In this document: positions 1 through 8,157 of the stretch, piece after piece | Layout: every line of letters begins with the position of its first letter | How positions within the stretch are numbered: the stretch's first letter is position 1 | Assembly: GCF_965204015.1 (NCBI RefSeq) | Contig: NZ_OZ241965.1 | Coordinates: 453,714 to 517,713, forward strand | Length of the DNA: 64,000 bases | From: Candidatus Poriferisocius sp. | Lineage (GTDB): Bacteria; Actinomycetota; Acidimicrobiia; Acidimicrobiales; Bin134 | Reading direction: 5' to 3' | Notes under the pieces: generated by a model | Database searches by the model: none | What the model saw: only the letters and a program-made list of their open reading frames with translations | What the model was told of the DNA's origin: nothing | Position numbers and translations under genes: made by a program

Positions 1-1
1 C

Positions 2-1044
2 GGGATCGCCCCCAAAGCCAGGATACTGCCCATCAGAATTGATCGCCTTGATAAGAACTGCAAGGACGACCTGTTCCCCACAGTGACACAAGCCATCAAC
101 GACGCCCGCACCAGCGGCGCGGACATCATCAACATATCGCTGCATTGGCCCCTAGAAGAATCTGATGGGACGACCAGAATCATCCTCGACTGCGCCCCCG
201 GCCCAGGCGGCAGAACCCAACGCATACCCCTAGGACCGTCAGCCTACTGCGTGTCCACGGACACGATGTGGTGGGCGATCCGAGTAGCCCGACGCCAAGG
301 AGTCGTGACAGTCGCCGCATCGGGAAACTGCGGCGACGACCACCCCGAGGAATGGGCCGACCCCGACGGGGACGGCCGCAGGGATTGGGTGCGAAGTGCC
401 GACAAAGACAACCCAAAAGGGGACTACGACAAGTCTGAATGGAAGTATGCGTGGGAGAACGATGGCTGCGACCGCCACAACCAGTTCGACTACCCCGCCT
501 CCTACCCAGAGACGATCTCCGTGGCAGCCATCAACGCGGACAGACAGCGGAGGGTTTCAAGCACGAGCAATGGATCCGTCGATGTAGCCGCCCCCGGCGG
601 CAAAATCCTAACCACACGATCCAGGCTTCCCCGCTACGAGGAGGCTGGCGGGACAGTGACCAGATCGGGGACATCCTTTGCCGCGCCGATGGTTTCCGCG
701 GCAATCGCCCACATGAAAGCCCGATACCCCCAAGCGACCCCCGAACAGATCACAACCGCCATCCTGGCAACTGCCCACCAAGACCCCAACGCCAACCCCC
801 GCTCCTTCAACACGGCGCTGTTGCACCTCGGCTTCCGCACCGACGACCTCGGCTACGGCATCATCAACCCCATAGCCGCCATCGAATACCTAGACCGTAG
901 GCTCAACCACCTGCCGACACCCACAACCGGCAACCAATTCACCGCCATCGCAACAGGCAGTGAGCATTCATGCGCCATCAAAACCGACAAAAGCATCGCA
1001 TGCTGGGGCAGCGACAATGTCCACGAAACCGCCCCACCTTTGGG
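2..1044 (+). CDS. Subtilisin-like S8 serine protease domain (5'-truncated by window edge), N-terminal part of an S8-RCC1 fusion; first RCC1-like blade at its end
   Basis: Frame open from position 2 (GIAPKARILPIRI); motifs ADIINISL, VAASGN, YPASY, VDVAAPG, catalytic SGTSFAAPMVS, GYGIINP; then PTPTT linker and QFTAIATGSEHSCAI...CWG blade. Confidence 0.9.
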
Positions 1045-2490
1045 CAGTTCACCGCCATCACCGCCGGTGGTGAGCTTTCGTGCGCCATCAAAACCAACAA
1101 AAGCATCGCATGCTGGGGCAGTAACTTCTTTGGGCTGGCCAATGCCCCCGCAGGCCAGTTCACCGCCATCACTCAATCGTGCGCCATCAAGACCGACAAG
1201 ACCATCGCATGCTGGGGCAGCCACATAATCGACGAAGCCGCCCCGCCCGAGGGCCAGTTCACCGCCATCGACGCCGGTCAGGGCTATTGGTGTGCCATCA
1301 AGACCGACAAGACCATCACATGCTGGGGGTCAAACTCCGGAAGCGTAATAGACCCGCCCGAGGGCCAGTTCACCGCCATCGCCGCCGGCAGTCACCATGC
1401 GTGCGCCATCAGAGCCAACGGGTCCATCACCTGCTGGGGTTCGAACAGGGCCGGCCAAATCGACAGAACCGGCGCAACAGACGCACCCGATGGCCAGTTC
1501 ACCGCCATCGACGCCGATCAGCACTATTCGTGCGCCATCAAAACCGACAAGACCATCACATGCTGGGGCCTGAACACCTTCGGGCAGACCGACGCTCCTT
1601 TGGGCCGGTTCACCGCCATCGCCGTCGGCCCCTGGCATTCGTGCGCCATCAATACCGACAAGACCATCAAATGCTGGGGTCTGAACAACTCTGGGCAGAC
1701 CGACGCGTCTGCACCCTCGTTGGCCACCGCAAATGCTTACACCACCATCACCGCCGGCTCCGAGCATTCGTGCGCCATCAATACCGACAAGACCATCGCA
1801 TGTTGGGGCCTCCGCTTCAACAGCGACTACGGCGAAACAGACGCGCCCTCAGGCCAGTTCACCACCATCGCCGCCGGAGATGAGCATTCGTGCGCCATCA
1901 ATGCCGACAAGGCCATCGCATGCTGGGGAGACAACCGCCGAGGCCAGATTGATTCGCCCTCAGGCCAGTTCACCGCCATCGCCACCGGCCCCTGGCATTC
2001 GTGCGCCATCAAATCAGACAAGACCATCACATGCTGGGGTTGGGAGTATGCCGACCCAACAGACGCACCCGATGGCCAGTTCACCGCCATCGCCGCCGGC
2101 TTCGGGCATTCGTGCGCCATCAGGACCGACAAGACCATTACCTGCTGGGGTCGCACCGAGATTGGGCAGATCAATTCTCCCTCAGGCCAGTTCACCGCCA
2201 TCGCCACTGGAATTGACCATTCGTGCGCCATCAGGACCGACAAGACCATCATCTGCTGGGGAGGCAACTTTGAAGGTCAGATCGATTCTCCCCCAGGCCA
2301 GTTCACCGCCATCGCCGCCGGAAATCACCATTCGTGCGCCATCACAGCCAACGGGACCATCACCTGCTGGGGAGACAACCGCCAAGGTCAGATCAATTCT
2401 CCCCCAGGCCAGTTCACCGCCATCGCCGCCGGAAATCACCATTCGTGCGCCATCACAACCAACGGGACCGTCACCTGCTGGGGTCGCTTG
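931..2490 (+). repeat. Coding tandem repeat, ~111-bp period, 14 units
   Basis: Recurrent DNA scaffolds ggccagttcaccgccatc, cattcgtgcgccatca and tgctgggg; last two units share an identical ~60 bp (2286-2346 vs 2397-2457). Confidence 0.9.
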
Positions 2491-2508
2491 AGCTTTAGGA
2501 CCGTATAG
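1045..2508 (+). CDS. RCC1/BLIP-II-like beta-propeller repeats (13 further blades), continuation of the S8 gene after a 1-nt frameshift near 1045
   Basis: ORF 970..2508 has tandem ~37-aa units QFTAIxAGxxHSCAIxTDKTIxCWG; junction reads ttgggcagttc where other blades read ggc cag ttc. Confidence 0.88.
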   Translation, partial: QFTAITAGGELSCAIKTNKSIACWGSNFFGLANAPAGQFTAITQSCAIKTDKTIACWGSHIIDEAAPPEGQFTAIDAGQGYWCAIKTDKTITCWGSNSGSVIDPPEGQFTAIAAGSHHACAIRANGSITCWGSNRAGQIDRTGATDAPDGQFTAIDADQHYSCAIKTDKTITCWGLNTFGQTDAPLGRFTAIAVGPWHSCAINTDKTIKCWGLNNSGQTDASAPSLATANAYTTITAGSEHSCAINTDKTIACWGLRFNSDYGETDAPSGQFTTIAAGDEHSCAINADKAIACWGDNRRGQIDSPSGQFTAIATGPWHSCAIKSDKTITCWGWEYADPTDAPDGQFTAIAAGFGHSCAIRTDKTITCWGRTEIGQINSPSGQFTAIATGIDHSCAIRTDKTIICWGGNFEGQIDSPPGQFTAIAAGNHHSCAITANGTITCWGDNRQGQINSPPGQFTAIAAGNHHSCAITTNGTVTCWGRLSFRTV

Positions 2509-2684
2509 AGCCAACGCGCTAGTGGCCCGGCCAGCGCTAACGGAATCTGAAGCAGGCCATGGATGGTCGCCTTGTTCTGCGGGATATCTGAGTGACCTGA
2601 TTGGCTGCGCCGGGATTTGTGGGGTTGGGCTGGCGCGGCGAAAATCGGGGGCAACGCCCGCCCCGCCACTCCCAGAGGTGCAAC

Positions 2685-3887
2685 ATGGCAGATCTGCCGT
2701 TCAAGGTGTTCGACGCTGACAACCACTACTACGAGGCCACCGACGCCTTCATTCGCCACATCGACCCGGCGATGAAGAAGCGCTGCATGCAGTGGGCCGA
2801 CATCGACGGCAAGCAGCGTTTGCTGGTGGCGGGCAAGATCAACCGGTTCATCCCCAACCCCACATTCGACCCGGTGTCCAAGCCGGGGGCGCTCCAGGAC
2901 TTTTTCCGGGGCCGCAACAAGGATGGCGTGGACGTGAAGACCATGTTCGGCGAGCTCGACCCCATCTCCGAGCGCCCTGAGTACCGCGACCGGGACAAGC
3001 GCCTGGAGTTGATGGACACCCAGAACATCGAAGCCGCCCTGTTCTTCCCCACCCTGGGTGTGGGCATGGAGCAGTCGCTGCGCCACGACCCTCCCGCGGT
3101 GGTGGCCGCCTTCACCGCATTCAACCGGTGGCTGGCCGAGGACTGGGGCTTCGCCTACCAAGAGCGCATCTTCGCGGCTCCGGTGATCTCCATGATCGAT
3201 GTGGATTGGGCCGTCTCCGAGGTGGAATGGGCCTTGGCCAACGACGCCCGCATGGTGGTGATGGTGCCCGGTCCGGTGCCCACTCCCGACGGGGGCGACC
3301 GCTCGCCGGGCATGCCCCACTACGACCCGGTGTGGGCCCGCATCGCCGAGGCCGGCATCACCGTGGGCATGCACGGCGGCGACGGCGGCCTGCACGACTA
3401 CAACGAGCGGTGGGAGCCCACCGCCGACTTCCAGTCGTTCCGAACCTCCACGTTCAAGCAGATCACCGGCCACGACCGCCAGATCTTCGACACCATGGCC
3501 GCCCTGGTGTGCCACGGGCTGTACGACCGTCATCCCAACCTGCGGATCGCCTGCATCGAAAACGGGGGCATGTTCGCCCCTCGCCTGGTTGAGGAGTTGA
3601 AGATCGCCTACGGCAAGATGCCCCAGGAGTTCAGCACCGACCCGGTGGACCAGTTCATCAACCACGTCTGGGTGTCGCCCTACTACGAGGACGACATCGA
3701 CCTCATCAAAGAGACGATAGGCGCCGACCACATGCTGTTCGGTTCCGACTACCCCCACGCCGAGGGGCTGGAAGTGCCCACCGACTTCATCTACGACATC
3801 CCCAACTTCACCGACGCCGAGGCCAAGGCCATGATGCGGGACAACGCCTGGGACGTGATCACTCCCCGCTCCGCGCTGGCCGCCTGA
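2685..3887 (+). CDS. Amidohydrolase family (Amidohydro_2) protein
   Basis: FDADNHYYE N-terminal metal motif, LFFPTLG, IENG, LFGSDYPHAEG; ATG at 2685 after gaggtg. Confidence 0.85.
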   Translation: MADLPFKVFDADNHYYEATDAFIRHIDPAMKKRCMQWADIDGKQRLLVAGKINRFIPNPTFDPVSKPGALQDFFRGRNKDGVDVKTMFGELDPISERPEYRDRDKRLELMDTQNIEAALFFPTLGVGMEQSLRHDPPAVVAAFTAFNRWLAEDWGFAYQERIFAAPVISMIDVDWAVSEVEWALANDARMVVMVPGPVPTPDGGDRSPGMPHYDPVWARIAEAGITVGMHGGDGGLHDYNERWEPTADFQSFRTSTFKQITGHDRQIFDTMAALVCHGLYDRHPNLRIACIENGGMFAPRLVEELKIAYGKMPQEFSTDPVDQFINHVWVSPYYEDDIDLIKETIGADHMLFGSDYPHAEGLEVPTDFIYDIPNFTDAEAKAMMRDNAWDVITPRSALAA

Positions 3888-3932
3888 GCATCGTCGTACC
3901 CCACCGAACCGACTGACGGAAGGAAGCACACC

Positions 3933-4799
3933 ATGGCCATGCCCACCGACATCCCAATCATCGACACCATGATCGGGTTCCCCAAGCCGGATTTCTCCAC
4001 CTACGACTTCATCCGTACCCAGACCAAGGACACCCAGTCGTCCGAGGAGTTCGACTTCCCGGTGGAATACATGTTCAAGGGAGTCCCCAAAGAGCTGTAC
4101 GGCACCGATGACGACCCGGTTCAGGTAACGCTCAAGGAGATGGACCGGTTCAACATCGAGTTGGCCCTCATCTCCTGTGAGGACGACAGCGGCCAGCGGG
4201 CGCTGAAGGACTACCCCGAGCGGTTCATCCCCTCCATGAGCGTCGACCCTAACGATGTGATGGGCGAAGTGCGCCGCATAGATCAGCTCCACCGGGAGTG
4301 GGGCGTCAAGGCTGTCGGAGCGTTCCCCGCGGGCTGCTTTCCCCAGGTGCCCATCGACGACGCCAAGTTCTATCCGATCTACGCCAAGTGCGTGGAGCTC
4401 GACTTGCCCATCTTCGTGTGTGCCGGCGTGCCCGGCCCCCGGTTCCCGTTCTCGCCCCAGCACGTGGAGCGCATCGACCGGGTGATGTACGACTTCCCCG
4501 AGTTGACGTTCGTCACCCGCCACGGCTGCGAGCCCTGGGAGGACCTCGCCGTGAAGCTCATGTTGAAGTGGCCCGGCCTGCACTACTCCACCTCGGCGTT
4601 CGCCCCCAAGCACTACCCCGAGGCCATCATCCGCTACGCCAACACCCGGGGCGCTGAGAAAGTGATCTACGCGGGCTACTTCCCGATGGGATTGTCGCTG
4701 GAGCGGATCATGACCGACATGAAAGACGTTCCATTCCGGGACAAGGTATGGCCCAGCTTTCTGCGGGAGAATTCCCGCCGAGTGCTGAAGCTGGACTGA
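3933..4799 (+). CDS. Amidohydrolase family (Amidohydro_2) protein
   Basis: IIDTMIGFP, FYPIYAKCVELDLP, TRHGCEPW, STSAFAPK. Confidence 0.8.
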   Translation: MAMPTDIPIIDTMIGFPKPDFSTYDFIRTQTKDTQSSEEFDFPVEYMFKGVPKELYGTDDDPVQVTLKEMDRFNIELALISCEDDSGQRALKDYPERFIPSMSVDPNDVMGEVRRIDQLHREWGVKAVGAFPAGCFPQVPIDDAKFYPIYAKCVELDLPIFVCAGVPGPRFPFSPQHVERIDRVMYDFPELTFVTRHGCEPWEDLAVKLMLKWPGLHYSTSAFAPKHYPEAIIRYANTRGAEKVIYAGYFPMGLSLERIMTDMKDVPFRDKVWPSFLRENSRRVLKLD

Positions 4800-4833
4800 C
4801 GATCCCGCCTGAACAACAAATAGGAGACAACCC

Positions 4834-5313
4834 GTGAGCGATCAGAGAGTCGAGCAGACCTGGGAGACGCCCTCATTGGAGGAGATCCCGGTCATCACCA
4901 AGATGCACGTGGAGGCCATGGAGTCCAGCGACGACCCCATGGTGTGGAGCCAGGCGGGTATGCACCACGTTCTGATCCGCACCGTCGGCCGCCGCTCGGG
5001 CAACGAGCACAAGGTGGCCCTGCCCTATTGGCGCGATCCCGACGGCCATCGCATCGTGGTGGCGTCGTTCGCCGGGGCCAAGGCCCATCCTTCGTGGTAC
5101 TTCAACATCGCCGACAAGGAGGCCAACCCCGAGCTGCTGATCACCGAGGAGGGCCAGCAGTTCTGGGCGGTGGCCGACATCTGCGAGGGCGACGACTATC
5201 AGGCCACCTGGGACGGCTTAGTGGCCGACCGGGCCTGGTATGCCGACTACCAGGCCAAAGCCCCCCACCGCCAGATCCCCTTGGTGCGGCTCGTCGAGCA
5301 GCGCCCTGCTTAG
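4834..5313 (+). CDS. Deazaflavin (F420)-dependent nitroreductase/quinone reductase (DDN family)
   Basis: TVGRRSG, VVASFAG..HPSWYFNI, YQAKA..RQIPLVRL. Confidence 0.8.
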   Translation: MSDQRVEQTWETPSLEEIPVITKMHVEAMESSDDPMVWSQAGMHHVLIRTVGRRSGNEHKVALPYWRDPDGHRIVVASFAGAKAHPSWYFNIADKEANPELLITEEGQQFWAVADICEGDDYQATWDGLVADRAWYADYQAKAPHRQIPLVRLVEQRPA

Positions 5314-5324
5314 GAGCAACCGCC

Positions 5325-6536
5325 ATGCCAAACCAACCTGTCCGCACCCTGCCGCCCGCGGGGGCCATCCAAGACGAGCGCGAAATCGAAGCCGTGCTCG
5401 AGGTGCTGCGCTCGGGCGACCTCAACATCGGCGAGAACGTGGCCCGCTTCGAAGACGAGGTGTCCACGATATTGGGCAAGGAGCGGGGGGTGATGGTCAA
5501 CTCGGGCTCCTCGGCGCTTCTGCTGGCCATCGGACTGCTCGACTTGGAGCCCGGTGACGAGGTCATCACCTCGGTGCTCACCTTCTCCACCGACGTTTCC
5601 TCTATCGTCCAATGCGGGCTGGTACCCGTGTTCGTCGACGTGGAGCCCGACACCTTCCAGATCGACGTGAACCGGATCCCCGAGATGATCGGCCCCCGCA
5701 CCAAGGCCATCATGACCCCCAACCTGATGGGCAACTGCCCCGACTGGGACGTGATCCGGTCCATCGCCGATGAGCATGGCCTCAAGGTGATCGAGGATTC
5801 CTGCGACGTACTGGACACCCGGCTGCGGGGCACCCGCATCGGTGCCCGCAGCGACATCAGCCTCACCAGCTTCGCCATCTCCCACTCGCTCACCTGTGCG
5901 GGCAACGGGGGCATGGTGGCCATGGACGACGCCGAGATGCATGACAAGTGCCTGACCCGCCGGCGCTGGGGGCGGCGCTCGGAGTCGTACCTGTACGGCT
6001 CCCGTAAGGGCGAGGACACCCGCTGGGGCCCGCTGGACGACGGCACCATGTACGACCAGATCTTCATCTTCGACGATCTGGGCTACAACTTCGAGCCTTC
6101 CGAACTAGGCGCGGCCTACGGACTGGTGCAGCTCTCCAAACTCGAAGAGTTCAACGCCCGCCGGCGCCACGCCTTCGACCGCTATAACGACTTACTGGTC
6201 AACCACACCGACAAGGTGATCCTGCCTCGCACGACCCCTGAGCTGGACACCACCTGGATGCGCTATGGCTTCATCCTCCGTCCCGAGGCGGGGCACGACC
6301 GCACCGAGGTGCAGAACTTCCTGGAAGACCGCAACGTGCAGTCCCGCATGGTCTGGACCGGCAACATCTTGCGCCAGCCCGGCTTCTCGGGCATCGAGCA
6401 CCGGGCCCCGGCCGACGGTTTCCCCAACGCCGACCTGGTGATGGACCACGCGCTGTGCATCCCCACCCACCACGGCCTGGGGTCAGACGACATCGGCTAC
6501 GTGGTCGACACCCTGTCCGATTTGTTCGGCGGCTGA
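5325..6536 (+). CDS. DegT/DnrJ/EryC1/StrS-family PLP enzyme, ColD/E1(RfbH)-like (His at the Lys position)
   Basis: MVNSGSSA, PGDEVIT, PVFVDV, IEDSCD, SFAISHSLTCAGNGG, GYNFEP; ATG 5325 after taggag. Confidence 0.85.
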   Translation: MPNQPVRTLPPAGAIQDEREIEAVLEVLRSGDLNIGENVARFEDEVSTILGKERGVMVNSGSSALLLAIGLLDLEPGDEVITSVLTFSTDVSSIVQCGLVPVFVDVEPDTFQIDVNRIPEMIGPRTKAIMTPNLMGNCPDWDVIRSIADEHGLKVIEDSCDVLDTRLRGTRIGARSDISLTSFAISHSLTCAGNGGMVAMDDAEMHDKCLTRRRWGRRSESYLYGSRKGEDTRWGPLDDGTMYDQIFIFDDLGYNFEPSELGAAYGLVQLSKLEEFNARRRHAFDRYNDLLVNHTDKVILPRTTPELDTTWMRYGFILRPEAGHDRTEVQNFLEDRNVQSRMVWTGNILRQPGFSGIEHRAPADGFPNADLVMDHALCIPTHHGLGSDDIGYVVDTLSDLFGG

Positions 6537-6560
6537 GCCACCCCCTTTGGGGCGCCGCGC

Positions 6561-6935
6561 TCAGCCGCCGGCGAACTGTCCCATGTCGAAGTAGTCCGAC
6601 CAGCGGGCAATGCGCCCGTCGCGCACCTCGAACACTCCGCATACCGGCAAGGCAATTTGTCCGTCGCCAGTGTTGATGTAGTCGGTCCGCTCATTCAAGA
6701 CCACGTTGCCGTTGGCTGCTTGATGGTGGGTCTCGAACACAATGCCCCCAGAAGCGGGGAAGAACCCCTCCAAGAACGCCCGGATGGCCTCTGCCCCCTC
6801 CAAGGGGTCCATCGGGACGTTGTGATAGACGGCGTCGTCAGTGAAGTAGGCCATCAGCTCGTCGGCATCGCCGTTGGCCCACGCGGCGCAAAACTGGCTC
6901 ACCAGTTCGTTGGGATCGGTCGGCAGATCGGCCAT
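6561..6935 (-). CDS. Limonene-1,2-epoxide hydrolase / SnoaL-like protein
   Basis: DDAVYHNVPM, VLNERTD, LPVCGVFEVRDGRI..WSDYFD. Confidence 0.85.
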   Translation of the reverse strand: MADLPTDPNELVSQFCAAWANGDADELMAYFTDDAVYHNVPMDPLEGAEAIRAFLEGFFPASGGIVFETHHQAANGNVVLNERTDYINTGDGQIALPVCGVFEVRDGRIARWSDYFDMGQFAGG

Positions 6936-7027
6936 CGCTCTCTCCTGTCGTCGGGAAGGTCCAGCATGGCCCGCCCCGCGCCTGCTCTGCCAAATGCGAA
7001 GAGGCTCTAGCGCACGGCTGAGCGATG

Positions 7028-7062
7028 TGCTATGTTACAAAACAGTCCAGTTAGCCTGTTTT
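7028..7062 (+). promoter_or_regulatory. Putative extended -10 (TGcTATGTT) followed by inverted repeat AAAACAG-N10-CTGTTTT (candidate repressor operator)
   Basis: tgctatgttacaaaacagtccagttagcctgtttt just upstream of the binding-protein gene. Confidence 0.45.
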
Positions 7063-7088
7063 TGGCAATCGACTTTAAGGGGGATCCC

Positions 7089-8078
7089 ATGCGGACAGAC
7101 ACGATCAAATCGCTACGAGGCTGGAGGGTCATCGCCTTGCTCCTGGCTGTACTGGCACTCGTTGCCGTCAGCTGCGGAAATGACGATGACGACTCCCGAG
7201 GCTCGCAAACGACGATCACGATTGCAGTCAACGGATGGAACGGGGCTGCGGCGAACTCCGCAGTAGCCGCCCAACTGCTTGAGAATGAACTCGGATATGA
7301 CGTTGTCCGCGTGGACATCGACGAGAACGCCCAGTGGCCAGCCATCAACACCGGCGACATCGACGTATCACTCGAAATCTGGCCTTCTGGACACGCCCAA
7401 GACGTCGTTGACTTCATCGACAACCCAGATGCAAACATCGATAACGCTGGACTGCTCGGACCCGTCGGCAAGATCGGCTGGTTCATCCCCACCTACATGG
7501 TGGATCAGCACCCAGAACTAGCTACATGGGAAGGGTTTGCCAACCCTGAGTTGGCGGGCATGTTCGCCACTGCGGAAACCGGCGACCTCGGACAGTTCCT
7601 GGGCGGCGACCCCAGCTTCGTGCAGTTCGACGAGGCGATCATCAACAACTTGGGCCTGCCTCTCCAGGTGGTCTACGCCGGTTCCGAGGCCGCAATCCTG
7701 GCCGCGGTTGATTCGGCCTACAGCCGTCAAGACCCGATCCTGGTCTACCTGTGGACGCCGCACTCGGCATTCAACAACTACGACCTCACCAATGTGCTCC
7801 TTCCCGAGTACACCGACGCATGCGGCGAGGCAGCGGCGAGCGCGCCCGAGGATGTTGACTGCGACTACCCGGCAGACGTGCTGTTCAAGATCATCAACAC
7901 CGACCTGGCTGAGAACGCCCCTGATGCAGACGCATTCCTGAGGGCCATGAACTACACCAGCGCCGACCAGATCGCGATGCTGGCCGCCATCGAAAACGAT
8001 GGCCTGTCAGTGGACGACGCGGCAGCCGCGTGGATCGAGGCCAACGAAAACGTCTGGAGCGCTTGGCTCCCCTCCTAG
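7089..8078 (+). CDS. proX: Glycine betaine/choline ABC transporter substrate-binding lipoprotein (ProX/OpuAC family)
   Basis: Lipobox LVAVSC; LENELGYDV, GDIDVSLEIWP, YLWTPH, AAAAWI..N..VW.AWL. Confidence 0.8.
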   Translation: MRTDTIKSLRGWRVIALLLAVLALVAVSCGNDDDDSRGSQTTITIAVNGWNGAAANSAVAAQLLENELGYDVVRVDIDENAQWPAINTGDIDVSLEIWPSGHAQDVVDFIDNPDANIDNAGLLGPVGKIGWFIPTYMVDQHPELATWEGFANPELAGMFATAETGDLGQFLGGDPSFVQFDEAIINNLGLPLQVVYAGSEAAILAAVDSAYSRQDPILVYLWTPHSAFNNYDLTNVLLPEYTDACGEAAASAPEDVDCDYPADVLFKIINTDLAENAPDADAFLRAMNYTSADQIAMLAAIENDGLSVDDAAAAWIEANENVWSAWLPS

Positions 8079-8087
8079 GCTCCAGCT

Positions 8088-8140
8088 GAGAACCGGTGCC
8101 GGCGGCTTGCGGGAGCTGCCGGCACCGGTTCTCTTTTCCT
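8088..8140 (+). terminator. Intrinsic terminator/attenuating hairpin between binding-protein gene and betA
   Basis: gagaaccggtgccggcggct / agctgccggcaccggttctc ~20-bp stem followed by ttttcct. Confidence 0.75.
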
Positions 8141-8157
8141 CTCTTTAGGAGCAGTCG

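Noticed and set aside
931-2490. CRISPR array or DGR target suggested by regular repeats with variable inserts
   Set aside because: Repeats are in-frame coding RCC1 blades; no cas genes, reverse transcriptase or adenine-specific template/variable pair seen in the window
2436-4613. 725-aa minus-strand ORF and similar long antisense ORFs (18267..19592, 48309..49871, 61568..62872)
   Set aside because: Shadow frames of high-GC genes on the opposite strand; no recognisable motifs
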